Positions 18,411 to 28,014 of a stretch of DNA of 64,000 nt are shown in pieces. The notes beneath the pieces were generated by a model. The model made no database searches and was not told the origin of the DNA. It worked only from the letters and a program-made list of their open reading frames with translations. The position numbers and the translations under genes were made by a program. Positions within the stretch are counted from its first letter, which is position 1. Each line of letters begins with the position of its first letter. The stretch is from Actinomycetes bacterium (lineage in GTDB: Bacteria > Actinomycetota > Thermoleophilia > RBG-16-64-13), in the NCBI GenBank assembly GCA_024637095.1, contig JAGXFV010000009.1, forward strand, positions 7,549 to 71,548, read 5' to 3'.

Positions 18411-19391
18411 TTAGCCCTGGCGCGCCTTCTGCTGCTTCATCTCATACAGGCTGGAATCAGCCTGCTGCAATAGTTCTTCCGTCTCCAGACCGTCCGAGGG
18501 GCATGACGCGGAGCCCTGGCTCACCTGGAGCGATATCAAGGTATGGTCGGTCTTCAACTTGGTCTTGCTCAGAGAGTCCGAAATGCGGTCGCTCACCAAG
18601 CGGACCACGTCCACCTCTGTTTCGGGCATCAGGATCATGAACTCGTCGCCCCCAAAGCGGAACGAGAGATCGACGTCGCGCACGTTGGAACGGATGACTG
18701 CGGCCACATTCGAGAGGGCGGCGTCACCGACGGCATGCCCGTAGGTGTCGTTGATCCACTTGAGGTTGTCTGCATCGAGCATCAGCAGCGAGAAGGGGTG
18801 GCGGTAGCGCTTATACATCTCAACCTGTAGCTCCAACTGCTGTACCAGGTATCTGCGATTGAAGAGCCCGGTCAGGGGATCCGTGTGCGCCAGCCGATTG
18901 AGTTCGGTGATAGAGAGGTCGTGGTAGCTCTCGGTGGCCGAGGCGGCAATGCCCTGCAAACAGGTCCGGAGTCTCAGCACCAGGGAGAGCAGTTCGTGAT
19001 CTTCCCGTCGGAGGGCCTGGGCCAGGAGCGACCAGATAGACTCCTCGAGCGCGAGGGTGTGGCGGACCAGCGCCTGCATCCCCTCCTTGCCCGAAGAGAC
19101 CGACGCCCCCAGAATCGCGGCGCGCTCGTAGTAGCGGCCCCCCGGGGAGAACTCCTGCATTGCCTCCTCGTCCTCGAGGGCTCGAGCCATACCTTCCACG
19201 AGTTCTACCGAGGCACTGATGCTTTCCTGCGTTGGGAAGTTCTCCAGGGTGGAAAGGTCGTCGACATCGCTGATGATCCGGCCAAGCCAACTCTTGGTCA
19301 GCTGGAGCTTGTTCTGATCGAGGAGCCGGCGGGTCTTGTCGAAGAGCGGGCGCGAGGGAGACTGATCGCTCTCCCTCAGCAACTCGTCCAT
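18411..19391 (-). CDS. diguanylate cyclase (GGDEF) with N-terminal helical domain
   Basis: AHTDPLTGLFNRR, LKWINDTYGHAVGD, RDVD I-site, RFGGDEF; start placed at ATG 19391. Confidence 0.9.
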   Translation of the reverse strand: MDELLRESDQSPSRPLFDKTRRLLDQNKLQLTKSWLGRIISDVDDLSTLENFPTQESISASVELVEGMARALEDEEAMQEFSPGGRYYERAAILGASVSSGKEGMQALVRHTLALEESIWSLLAQALRREDHELLSLVLRLRTCLQGIAASATESYHDLSITELNRLAHTDPLTGLFNRRYLVQQLELQVEMYKRYRHPFSLLMLDADNLKWINDTYGHAVGDAALSNVAAVIRSNVRDVDLSFRFGGDEFMILMPETEVDVVRLVSDRISDSLSKTKLKTDHTLISLQVSQGSASCPSDGLETEELLQQADSSLYEMKQQKARQG

Positions 19392-19585
19392 TTTCCCGAA
19401 ATCTTCTACCAAGACGAAACTCTTTTCTTCCAGGAGTACGATTAGGACTACTATAATCCAACCGGTCGCCAGAGTAAACTTCAGCACTACTCTTTCGCCG
19501 CTTGTTCGTTCGAGGGCTCCCTCAAGCCCTTCCTCCTTATTGCCGATGGCCTGTCATTAGAAGCCCTAAGGCGGAAAGTGAGGCC

Positions 19586-20419
19586 ATGTCGGCATCTGGC
19601 TCCTTGGCCACCATTGGTGTGGCGGAACTCCTGCAGATCGGTGCCCTTTTTCGAAAGATGGGCTCACTGGTATGCACCTTCAACGACGACCGCTCGATTG
19701 CCGTGTACCTGCAGGATGGATACTTGAGCGGGCTGACCGACACCGGCGCGGTGTGGCAGCTTGGCGATCTTTTGGAGTGCATGGGGCTGCTCACTGAGGC
19801 GGAGAAGTTCCGACTGCTGGCCGAAGCCCGGCTTCACGGCAAACGACTGGGTCAGTTGCTGCTGGAGGAGGGAGTCCTTTCTCGCGCCGAGATGGAAGGC
19901 CTGCTCCGGCGACTGATCATGCAGTCGCTCCTCTACGCGGTCGAGAACGAGGCCGATGGCTGGTTCGAACTGGAACTGGGCGCGGTGTCTCAGACCTCGG
20001 TGATGTTTCCGATCAACGATTTCTTGATCGAAATAACATCGGCCGTCGATGAACTGGAGCGTTTGCGGTCGGTGCTCGGGCCTGGGGGTGGCCGCGTCAG
20101 ATTGAGTTCGGTGGCGGACTTGACGGATCACGTGCACGCTCTGCCCTATCGGCTGGTCCAAGTGCTGGCTCACGTCGACGGAGACAAGACTCCCATGGAA
20201 GTGGCGGCGTCTTCGCCCTTCTCGCCGTCGGAAACGCTGAGGCTCCTGTCGGAGTTGGGCCGGCTGAGGCTGGTGGTCTGGGCGGCGGCGGTCGGCGAAC
20301 CGGAAGCCGAGGTCGTCTTCTTTCTCGAGCCCACCGGCGAAAAGCCGCCCGCGCGCCGCGCAAAAGATAGGTCTTCGCCGGTGAGCCCTCTGATAGAATT
20401 GCGCCGGCGGCTGCCGTAG
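19586..20419 (+). CDS. DUF4388/PATAN-like domain protein
   Basis: SGSLATIGVAELLQ..., QLGDLL, KRLGQLLLEEG, WFEL pattern typical of DUF4388. Confidence 0.7.
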   Translation: MSASGSLATIGVAELLQIGALFRKMGSLVCTFNDDRSIAVYLQDGYLSGLTDTGAVWQLGDLLECMGLLTEAEKFRLLAEARLHGKRLGQLLLEEGVLSRAEMEGLLRRLIMQSLLYAVENEADGWFELELGAVSQTSVMFPINDFLIEITSAVDELERLRSVLGPGGGRVRLSSVADLTDHVHALPYRLVQVLAHVDGDKTPMEVAASSPFSPSETLRLLSELGRLRLVVWAAAVGEPEAEVVFFLEPTGEKPPARRAKDRSSPVSPLIELRRRLP

Positions 20420-20460
20420 TATCGTCCGCCACTCTGTCCCGCCTCATTCCTGGGGGTCAC

Positions 20461-21558
20461 TTGAGGGTCGGATTCGACGCGCGCGCGATTGATACCAGCG
20501 GCATCGGCAGATACACGCGAGATCTGCTGCTTGGACTCGCCGAACTGGACGTCGACCTCGTAATCTTCTGCCAGGACGGCAACAAGGAACTCGTGCCCGA
20601 GGGCCGCCGCTTCAACCTGGTGTCCTCCAATGCCGATCCGGGTTCCTGGCTTGCCGGCTCCGCCTTCGCGCGCACCGTTAAGAGTTCAGCCGTCGACCTG
20701 CTCCATGTCCCTGGCCATCTCACCGTCCTCCCGGAAGGTGTTCCCACGGTGGTCACCATCCACGACGTGATCCCGCTGATCTATCCAAGGAGTATTCGCA
20801 GCCCCGTCGGCCGCATCCGTTATCGGCGCCTGTTGGAGCAGGCCCTGACGCGCTCGCGCCTCGTCATTACGGTCTCGCGCATTTCTCAGTCGTGCCTGAG
20901 CGCCTATGCGGCCATCGACCCCGCCAAGGTCAGGGTGATCTACAACGGGATTTCCGAGCACTTTCACCCAGTGGAGGACGCGGAGACGCTGGCGGACGTC
21001 CGGCGCCGCTACAGCCTGCCCGAGGTGTTCGCACTATGGCTGGGAGGATTCCGGCCGGAGAAGAATCTCGAATTCCTGGTGCAGGCGTGGGCGGGGGTGC
21101 TGGAGCAACACCCCGAATTGCAACTGGTTCTCGCGGGGGCGCAGACTGACGAGTATCTGAAGATTCGGCGCGAGGTCGGGAGGCGCGGGCTGGAGGAGTC
21201 GGTGCACTTCCCCGGCTTCATCCGGGAGTCAGATCTCGCCGCCCTCTACACCGCGGCCAAGCTCTTCGTCTTCCCGTCCCTCTATGAGGGCTTCGGCATG
21301 CCCCCGGTCGAGGCCATGGCGTGCGGCACGCCGTCCGTCGTCTCGAACTCTTCCTCACTGCCCGAGGTGACCGGACGCGCCGCTATGATGTTCAACCCCA
21401 CGGAGCACGAGCAACTGGTGTGGTGCGTCGACCGCCTTCTGAGGGATGATGATCTCTACGAAACGCTGCGCCGCGAGGGCTTCAAGCAGGCGGAGGGCTT
21501 CAGCTGGGGCAAGGCCGCGCGCGAGACCTTGAGGGTCTACCGCCAAGCGCTGGAGTAA
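20461..21558 (+). CDS. glycosyltransferase family 4
   Basis: GIGRYT, VVTIHDVIP, FVFPSLYEGFGMPPVEAMACG, FSW. Confidence 0.92.
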   Translation: MRVGFDARAIDTSGIGRYTRDLLLGLAELDVDLVIFCQDGNKELVPEGRRFNLVSSNADPGSWLAGSAFARTVKSSAVDLLHVPGHLTVLPEGVPTVVTIHDVIPLIYPRSIRSPVGRIRYRRLLEQALTRSRLVITVSRISQSCLSAYAAIDPAKVRVIYNGISEHFHPVEDAETLADVRRRYSLPEVFALWLGGFRPEKNLEFLVQAWAGVLEQHPELQLVLAGAQTDEYLKIRREVGRRGLEESVHFPGFIRESDLAALYTAAKLFVFPSLYEGFGMPPVEAMACGTPSVVSNSSSLPEVTGRAAMMFNPTEHEQLVWCVDRLLRDDDLYETLRREGFKQAEGFSWGKAARETLRVYRQALE

Positions 21559-21567
21559 CCGGTCGCC

Positions 21568-22524
21568 CTAGTCCACGTTCAGCGATAGGATCAGGAGCAG
21601 GTCTTGGCTCTTTGCCCGCTGGATCATCTCGTAATCCACGACGTCACCCTCGCTGGCGATGAGTTCTCCTGACGGTGACTCGATGCGGCGCAGCACCCGC
21701 TTGCCCATGAGAAAGTGGCGTTGCTGGGAGGCCAGATTGTCTTCCTCCGGCTCGGCACCGATCGAGGCCGGGGAAGTCTCCACCGGCGTCAACGCCTGTT
21801 CTGGTACCCGCGTCTGCTCGGCCTCCTCGGCGACAGGGGGCTCAGGTTCGAGTGCGGCGGCTTCGGCCGGGGATTCTTCAACGATCGACGAGGACTCGTT
21901 CGCCTGGGGCTGAGTGGCTGTGGACCCATACGCCTCGGGCTGCGGCGGGGTGGGTTCAGCAGTCTGCGGTAGGCCGGCGGCAGCCGTCCGATTGCCCCGG
22001 GCTTCGCGCCGCGTCAGCGCCTCGCCATCCGGCATGAAGTGCTGGTCGTAGTCGTTGGCCAGCACCACGATGTCCCGGCCGAGACGATGGACGACCGAGA
22101 TGGGCACGACCACCGTGTCGCGAGGGTAGACAGCTTCTTCGAGTGGGAGGAATTCAAAGCCCTCCAGATCTCCGCTCTGCGCATCGACGAAGAAGTCACC
22201 CACCGCCCCGACGTTCTTGCCCGCCAGGGTGATGGCCACCACCCCCGAAAGCGTGATCTCTCTCTCGGTCAAGTCCTCCAACTCCTGGTTCTCCGAGAGC
22301 CGGACGACCGAGGAGGCCCCCTCTATGATGATGGCATCCTCGCCGATAGCCTGAGCCTTCGCGAACGGGAGCACCATGGCTTCGTAGAGGCTCAGATCGA
22401 CGACGAACCCGGCGACGCGCAGAGTCTGCTCGTCGATTATCAGTCCGTCTACCTCGCCAACGATGGAGGCATCTTCCTTGCTCACAATCGGCAGTCCGAG
22501 AAGATCGGTGTCGAGTCGGGCCAT
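21568..22524 (-). CDS. tandem PRC-barrel protein with acidic Pro-rich linker and C-terminal domain
   Basis: DLLGLPIVS...GEVDGLIID...IGEDAIII; RBS AGGAGG before ATG 22524. Confidence 0.75.
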   Translation of the reverse strand: MARLDTDLLGLPIVSKEDASIVGEVDGLIIDEQTLRVAGFVVDLSLYEAMVLPFAKAQAIGEDAIIIEGASSVVRLSENQELEDLTEREITLSGVVAITLAGKNVGAVGDFFVDAQSGDLEGFEFLPLEEAVYPRDTVVVPISVVHRLGRDIVVLANDYDQHFMPDGEALTRREARGNRTAAAGLPQTAEPTPPQPEAYGSTATQPQANESSSIVEESPAEAAALEPEPPVAEEAEQTRVPEQALTPVETSPASIGAEPEEDNLASQQRHFLMGKRVLRRIESPSGELIASEGDVVDYEMIQRAKSQDLLLILSLNVD

Positions 22525-22567
22525 GGGAACATCCTCCTGTTGCGCTGTGGGCTGGTGCACGGCGGCG

Positions 22568-23257
22568 CTAGGCTCCATCGCCCATATCCTGCATCGTGCG
22601 TTCGAGTTGCTCGATGAGCAAGTGGTTGTCCGTGTAGACGGTGGCCTGAGTGTATGCGGCCGCCGCCTGCGTATACATGCGCTGCTTGCGGAATGCGCTG
22701 CCTATCTCCACGAATAGGGTCAGTTTGGCATCCAGGTCGTCGGTGTGTTCGGTAGCCCGCAGGAATTGGTCAGCGGCATCGGCGAGCAGGCCTGTTTCGA
22801 GCAGCCTGAAGCCAAGTGTCACCCGGAAATCGAAGTCGCGCACCCCGTCCCCAATGGCGTCAGGGGCGTCGTCGAGCGCGGCGGCCGCGCTCGCGATAGA
22901 CGAGGCGTCGGGCAACGAAGGCTCGCCCCCGCTCAACCCGGAAGGCTCGCCCGCGCTCAATCCGGAAAGCCATGTCTCCGCGGTCTGCGAAGGGGGGGCG
23001 AACTCCAGGGTGGGCTCATCTTGCACGTCAGGCTCGGCCACGTCAGTCTCGGCGCCGTCAGTCTCGGCCACGGGCGGTTTCCCGCCCAGTCCGTCCGCGA
23101 TATCTGTGGTCAGAGGGCGATCGAGGAAGTCGCCGCCCTCCTCTTCGATAGCGGTTTTTTGCCGGGTTTCCCGGCCCACGAGGAACGAAAGGACGATGAG
23201 CGACAGGCCGGCGACCACGAAGATCCCAGCGACAGCCAGCACCACGGGATTGCTCAT
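22568..23257 (-). CDS. membrane-anchored protein with acidic linker and C-terminal TPR-like helices
   Basis: N-terminal TM; LGFRLLETGLLADAADQFLRA and IGSAF...AAAAYTQA TPR-like helices. Confidence 0.6.
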   Translation of the reverse strand: MSNPVVLAVAGIFVVAGLSLIVLSFLVGRETRQKTAIEEEGGDFLDRPLTTDIADGLGGKPPVAETDGAETDVAEPDVQDEPTLEFAPPSQTAETWLSGLSAGEPSGLSGGEPSLPDASSIASAAAALDDAPDAIGDGVRDFDFRVTLGFRLLETGLLADAADQFLRATEHTDDLDAKLTLFVEIGSAFRKQRMYTQAAAAYTQATVYTDNHLLIEQLERTMQDMGDGA

Positions 23258-23310
23258 CGAGGCTTCCCGACCGAATTCAGGGGGCTCATGGAATTCACCC
23301 CAGACATCTC

Positions 23311-23817
23311 CTAGAGATCGTCGGGTCCTCCGACCACCATGGCCCTGTATTTCGAGGAGACCAGCACCAGATCGGTTCCAATGCTCACCACGGCCGAGAC
23401 GGGGATCACGTGGGTCTCTTCGCCGGTTTCGGTATCGAGGACGATCTCGATCCCCGCGAGGGAACCGTCACCGGGATTGACGAAGTAGTCGCCTACCATG
23501 CCGACCACGTCTCCGCCATCGGTAAGCACCAGCAATTCATCCAGCTGGATGGAGCGCTGAGCGATGGCTTCCAGTTCCGGTTCTTCGGAGAGGTGACGGA
23601 CGAGTTCGGCCGACCCGACCAGGACGGCATCTTCGCCGAGGGCGGTGATTCGGTCGAAAGGCAGAACGCGCGCCTCGTACAGGCCCATGTCGATGATCAG
23701 GCCGGCAACCCGTTTGGTGGTTTCATCCACGATCAGCCCGTCCACTTCGCCGAGAAGCGAAGCGTCGTCGAGTCCGATGACATCGAGCCCTAAGAAGTCC
23801 TTGTCGCTGCGAGCCAT
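23311..23817 (-). CDS. tandem PRC-barrel protein
   Basis: Paralog of 21568-22524: DFLGLDVIG...GEVDGLIVD...LGEDAVLV; RBS AGGAGG. Confidence 0.75.
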   Translation of the reverse strand: MARSDKDFLGLDVIGLDDASLLGEVDGLIVDETTKRVAGLIIDMGLYEARVLPFDRITALGEDAVLVGSAELVRHLSEEPELEAIAQRSIQLDELLVLTDGGDVVGMVGDYFVNPGDGSLAGIEIVLDTETGEETHVIPVSAVVSIGTDLVLVSSKYRAMVVGGPDDL

Positions 23818-23978
23818 GACGGGCGGTTCCTCCTGATTGTCACGAAGTAGGCGGGCGATTGCCCGGAGCGCCATGTTAACAGATCGCACTTCTGCCCTGT
23901 GCGATAATTCTGTGTCGCTCAGCGCTCTCCCAGAGATGGAGGAAAGGGATTCCCAGCATAGTTTCCAGCCGTCGTCTC

Positions 23979-24770
23979 TTGTTGCTTGCCGGCGTCCTGT
24001 TCATTGCCGGCGGGGTCGCGATCATGGTCTCGCTGCTGCTGCCCAACGAAGGGAGCGGCGGTCCGCCGTCGACAACGCCCCCACCGCCTTCCACGACGAC
24101 GACCGCGCTCGAACTGCCAGGCGCCGAGCAAATCCGCGCCGGAGACCTCAACGCGGCACGCGCGCAGATCACGGCATACCTGGAGCAGCATCCTTTGGAT
24201 GAACAGGCTCACTTCCTGCTCGCCCATACGTACGAGCGTGAGGGCGACTTCGCGGCCGCACTGGCGGCCTACCGGACCCTTCTCGAGGTCCAGTCGAACA
24301 ACTTCGAGGCCCACTACCGCATCGGCCTTCTGCAGGAGCGTCAGGAGCAGCTGGAAGAGGCCGCTGCTTCGTATACTGAATCGCTGGCCCTGAATTCGGA
24401 TTTCACGCCGGCGCGCCTCGCGCGGGCGGAGGTGCTGGTCCAGTTGGGACAAGCCGAAGAGGCGGCAGAGCTGTATTTCGAAGTGATCGACCGGCGGCCG
24501 ATGGGGGTTCACCTGGATGAGGTCAGGGTTGAGCTGGCCCGGCTGCTCCTCGAACTAGGTCAGACGGACAACGCGGTCATACAGTTGGAACGGGCGCTCA
24601 GCGAGAATCCCCAAAACGAGACTGCCGCGGAGCTCCTCGAGCAGGCGGAAGCCGCGGCGGCGACCACGACCACGGATGCGGAAGCCGCGCCTTCCGTGGG
24701 GGCGACGACCACCAGCGTGGGAACGGGCGCGACCATCGGATCGGCCACGACGACGGCGGAGGAGGGCTAG
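23979..24770 (+). CDS. membrane-anchored TPR protein with Thr-rich tails
   Basis: N-terminal TM, several TPRs (AHFLLAHTY, AHYRIGLL); start uncertain. Confidence 0.75.
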   Translation: MLLAGVLFIAGGVAIMVSLLLPNEGSGGPPSTTPPPPSTTTTALELPGAEQIRAGDLNAARAQITAYLEQHPLDEQAHFLLAHTYEREGDFAAALAAYRTLLEVQSNNFEAHYRIGLLQERQEQLEEAAASYTESLALNSDFTPARLARAEVLVQLGQAEEAAELYFEVIDRRPMGVHLDEVRVELARLLLELGQTDNAVIQLERALSENPQNETAAELLEQAEAAAATTTTDAEAAPSVGATTTSVGTGATIGSATTTAEEG

Positions 24771-25885
24771 TGGCTTCTCGAATCCCTTCCGCCCTCTGCC
24801 CTCGGTGCCGGCCGGTCGCCCTCCTCTGGTTGGTCGTGCTGTCGACGCTGTTGGCCCTGCTCGTCACCGCGGCGCCCGTTCTGGCCTTGGCCGACCCGGT
24901 CGGCCCCCCTGTGAAATCCGGGGCTCAGCCCGAGACGGAGCAGAGCACCGGTCCCTTGCCTAAGACCATGCTCTCGGTCTCCCCGGTTTCCCCGGACGGC
25001 GACGAAGACTGGTATCGCACTGTGCCCCAGATCACGCTGGTCGCGGAGTATCCCGGGCGTGCGTTTCCGACCACCTTTTATGCGTGGGGGGATGAATCAG
25101 GGGAGATCTATGCCGGGTCTTTCACCGCTCCCGCAGGGACGAACACTCTGAACTTCCATTCCGAGGCGGTAAGGGTGACGGAGGAAGAGCGCTCCTGGGT
25201 TTTCCGCGTCGACACCAATATCCTCGCGCCTGAGCTCACCGGCCCTCCCGTCCCGGAAGACCCCAATCTGCCCTACCTGCTGACGGGGACGGTGCCGGTA
25301 AGCGCCATGGCTTCCGACGACGTGTCGGGCATACGTCACGTGTCCTTCTTCTACTTCGCTTGGAGCGAAAGCAGTCAGAACTGGTCGGTCGGCGGTAGAC
25401 AAATCGGCATCAACCAGCCCGTGCCTCTGAGCGACAGGTCCTTCGGTGAAAGGTGGCAGACCTTTTCTGTCCCGGATGGCAGGTATCGGGTGCAGGCGCA
25501 GACACGTGATTACGCGGGGAACAGCGCTTGGTCTGAGCCCTCCTTCGTTGTGGTGGACAACACCCCTCCCGACGTGTCCTTCTCGCGTCCCGCGTTTGAC
25601 CAGGCCGTCACAGGCACCTGCGTCGTCGCCGGAGCGATGCTCGAGGAGAATCTCCTTTCCTGGGAGCTCGAGGTGGCACAGGAGTCGGGGGACAAGTGGG
25701 CGGTACTCGCTGCGGGCACGGCACCTGGCACCGGGGAACTACATTCCTTCGATACGCGCATCTACCCCGACGGTGAGTACCGCCTCCGCTTGACCGTGAC
25801 CGACCTCGTCGGTCTGACCCGCTCGGCGGAGACGACCATCCGGATCGTGAATCAGCCGGGAGCAAGCCCCTCGCAGTCGCCCTAG
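24770..25885 (+). CDS. secreted Ig-like/beta-sandwich repeat protein
   Basis: Signal peptide; GTNTLNFHS, ASDDVSGI, DGRYRV..RDYAGN..VDNTPP, DGEYRLRLTVTD motifs of bacterial Ig-like domains. Confidence 0.7.
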   Translation: MASRIPSALCPRCRPVALLWLVVLSTLLALLVTAAPVLALADPVGPPVKSGAQPETEQSTGPLPKTMLSVSPVSPDGDEDWYRTVPQITLVAEYPGRAFPTTFYAWGDESGEIYAGSFTAPAGTNTLNFHSEAVRVTEEERSWVFRVDTNILAPELTGPPVPEDPNLPYLLTGTVPVSAMASDDVSGIRHVSFFYFAWSESSQNWSVGGRQIGINQPVPLSDRSFGERWQTFSVPDGRYRVQAQTRDYAGNSAWSEPSFVVVDNTPPDVSFSRPAFDQAVTGTCVVAGAMLEENLLSWELEVAQESGDKWAVLAAGTAPGTGELHSFDTRIYPDGEYRLRLTVTDLVGLTRSAETTIRIVNQPGASPSQSP

Positions 25886-25947
25886 GAGGCCACTCCAGCC
25901 CCTGTTCTTCCCGCAAACGTCGGGCCGGCAGGTGCCGCCTTCGCACT

Positions 25948-25977
25948 TTGCTTCTGTTTTCACAAATATGGTAGATT
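25948..25977 (+). promoter_or_regulatory. promoter of hemL-rex-mqn operon overlapped by Rex-like operator
   Basis: TTGCTTCTGTTTTCACAA (reverse complement TTGTGAAAACAGAAGCAA) overlaps the -35 TTGCTT; extended -10 TGgTAGATT. Confidence 0.55.
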
Positions 25978-26037
25978 CACCCGTACGGCACGCTCAGGGC
26001 CGGCGCTCGTCATGGTTACGGATACACGGGGGGAGCC

Positions 26038-27324
26038 TTGAAAGATCAGAGGAGCTCCGAGCTCTACCGCGAAGCCCAGCGGCTCATGCCCGGCGGGGTC
26101 AACAGCCCGGTCCGGGCGATGCGCTCGGTAGGCCGGGAGCCTTTGTTCATAGAGCGAGCCGACGGGTCACGCATGTGGGACGCGGACGGCAACGAATACA
26201 TCGACTTCGTGGGTTCCTGGGGCCCCATGATCCTGGGCCATCGCCATCCTCGAGTGATCGAGGCGCTGGAGCGGGCCCTCGAAAAGGGCACGAGTTTCGG
26301 GGCTCCCTCGGCGCTCGAGATAGAGCTCGCCCGCCGGGTGGTCGAAGCCGTTCCCTCGGTTGAGATGGTGCGCATGACCAGCTCGGGGACCGAAGCCACC
26401 ATGAGCGCCCTTCGCGTTGCCCGCGGTTACACGGGGCGTGAAAAGATCGTGAAGTTCATCGGCGGATATCACGGACACGCCGACTTCCTGCTCGTGCACG
26501 CCGGATCGGGCGTCGCGACGTTCGGACTGCCGGATAGCCCCGGCGTCACCAAGGGTACTGCCGGTGACACCCTCAGTCTGCCCTACAACGACTTGGAAGC
26601 CGTGCGCCGGGCATTCGCCGACTCGGGTGAACAGATCGCGGCGGTGATTGTCGAACCGGTGGCTGGGAACATGGGCTGCGTCCCTCCGGTCGAGGGTTTC
26701 CTGGAGGGCCTGCGCGAGATCACCGCCGCGCAGGGCAGCGTGCTGATCTTCGATGAAGTGATGACCGGCTTCCGGCTCGCCTACGGAGGGGCGCAGGAGC
26801 GCTTCGGCATCAGGCCGGACATGACTACGCTCGGGAAGATCATCGGCGGCGGCCTGCCGGTGGGGGCCTTCGGTGGCCGAGCCGAGATCATGGAGCGGGT
26901 GGCGCCCGCCGGGGACATCTACCAGGCCGGAACGCTCTCCGGTAATCCGCTTGCCATGGCTGCCGGCATCGCCACGCTGGACGTGCTCAACCAGCCGGGT
27001 AGCTATGAGTATTTGGAGCAGCGGGGAGCCCAGCTAGAAGAGGGGATGCGTAAGGTGTCCGGGGAGACCGGGATCCCGGCGACGGTCCAGCGGGTGGGAG
27101 CCATGCTGACCGCTTTCTTCACCGACCATCCGGTGACCGATTTCGACAGCGCCAAGAAGAGTGACGCCGAGCGGTTTGCCCGCTTCTTCCGCGGCATGCT
27201 GGAGCGGGGAATCTATCTGGCTCCCAGCCAGTTCGAAGCGACCTTTTTATCCCTGGCCCACTCCGAGGAGGATGTGGTCAGGACCGTCGAGGCGGCCCGG
27301 ACGGTGTTGGGAGAGTTGTCATAG
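26038..27324 (+). CDS. hemL: glutamate-1-semialdehyde 2,1-aminomutase
   Basis: [53 protein letters not shown]. Confidence 0.97.
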   Translation: MKDQRSSELYREAQRLMPGGVNSPVRAMRSVGREPLFIERADGSRMWDADGNEYIDFVGSWGPMILGHRHPRVIEALERALEKGTSFGAPSALEIELARRVVEAVPSVEMVRMTSSGTEATMSALRVARGYTGREKIVKFIGGYHGHADFLLVHAGSGVATFGLPDSPGVTKGTAGDTLSLPYNDLEAVRRAFADSGEQIAAVIVEPVAGNMGCVPPVEGFLEGLREITAAQGSVLIFDEVMTGFRLAYGGAQERFGIRPDMTTLGKIIGGGLPVGAFGGRAEIMERVAPAGDIYQAGTLSGNPLAMAAGIATLDVLNQPGSYEYLEQRGAQLEEGMRKVSGETGIPATVQRVGAMLTAFFTDHPVTDFDSAKKSDAERFARFFRGMLERGIYLAPSQFEATFLSLAHSEEDVVRTVEAARTVLGELS

Positions 27325-27360
27325 ACGGTTGCGGTTCGACCTTGACTGGGGGAGGAAGCG

Positions 27361-28014
27361 TTGGCGCCAGGTCCGATCGATAAGTCTCAGGTCCCGCAGG
27401 CGACTGTGCCGCGGCTGGCCCGTTATCTGCGAGTTTTGCACCGGCTGGAGAGCGAAGGCGTGCCCAAGGTCTCGTCCAAGGAGCTTGCCGAACGCCTGGA
27501 CGCGAACGCCGCCCAGATCCGCAAGGACTTCAGCTACTTCGGGGAATTCGGCGTGCGCGGCGTCGGTTACGAGGTCGAGTACCTAATCGACCAGCTCTCC
27601 CGCTGCCTGGGCGTGAGCGAGAAGTGGAAGGTGATCATCCTCGGGGCCGGCAAGCTGGGAAGCGCGCTTGCGCGCTACCGCGGCTTTCAGGAGGAGGGCT
27701 TCGACCTGGTCGGCGTGTTCGACAGCTCGCAACGGGTGGTGGGCCTCGACATCGATGGAGTGACCGTGCGGCCGGAGCGCGAACTGGCGGAATTCTTGAA
27801 GGACAACCCCGTGGACATCGCCATTCTGACGGTTCCCGGAGAGGTGGCCCAACTGGTGGCCGACAAGGTCATAGCCGGCGGCGTCAAGGGCATAGTCAAT
27901 TTCGCCCCTGCCCGTCTCGCTTCGGTGGACGGCGTCTTCATCCGCCAGGTGGATCTCTCCACCGAATTGATGGTGGTTTCGTTCTACCTCTCGAAGGAGT
28001 GCAGCCCCCGCTGA
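27361..28014 (+). CDS. rex: redox-sensing transcriptional repressor Rex
   Basis: RLARYLR, QIRKDFSYFGEFGVRGVGY, GAGKLGSAL, IVNFAP. Confidence 0.95.
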   Translation: MAPGPIDKSQVPQATVPRLARYLRVLHRLESEGVPKVSSKELAERLDANAAQIRKDFSYFGEFGVRGVGYEVEYLIDQLSRCLGVSEKWKVIILGAGKLGSALARYRGFQEEGFDLVGVFDSSQRVVGLDIDGVTVRPERELAEFLKDNPVDIAILTVPGEVAQLVADKVIAGGVKGIVNFAPARLASVDGVFIRQVDLSTELMVVSFYLSKECSPR

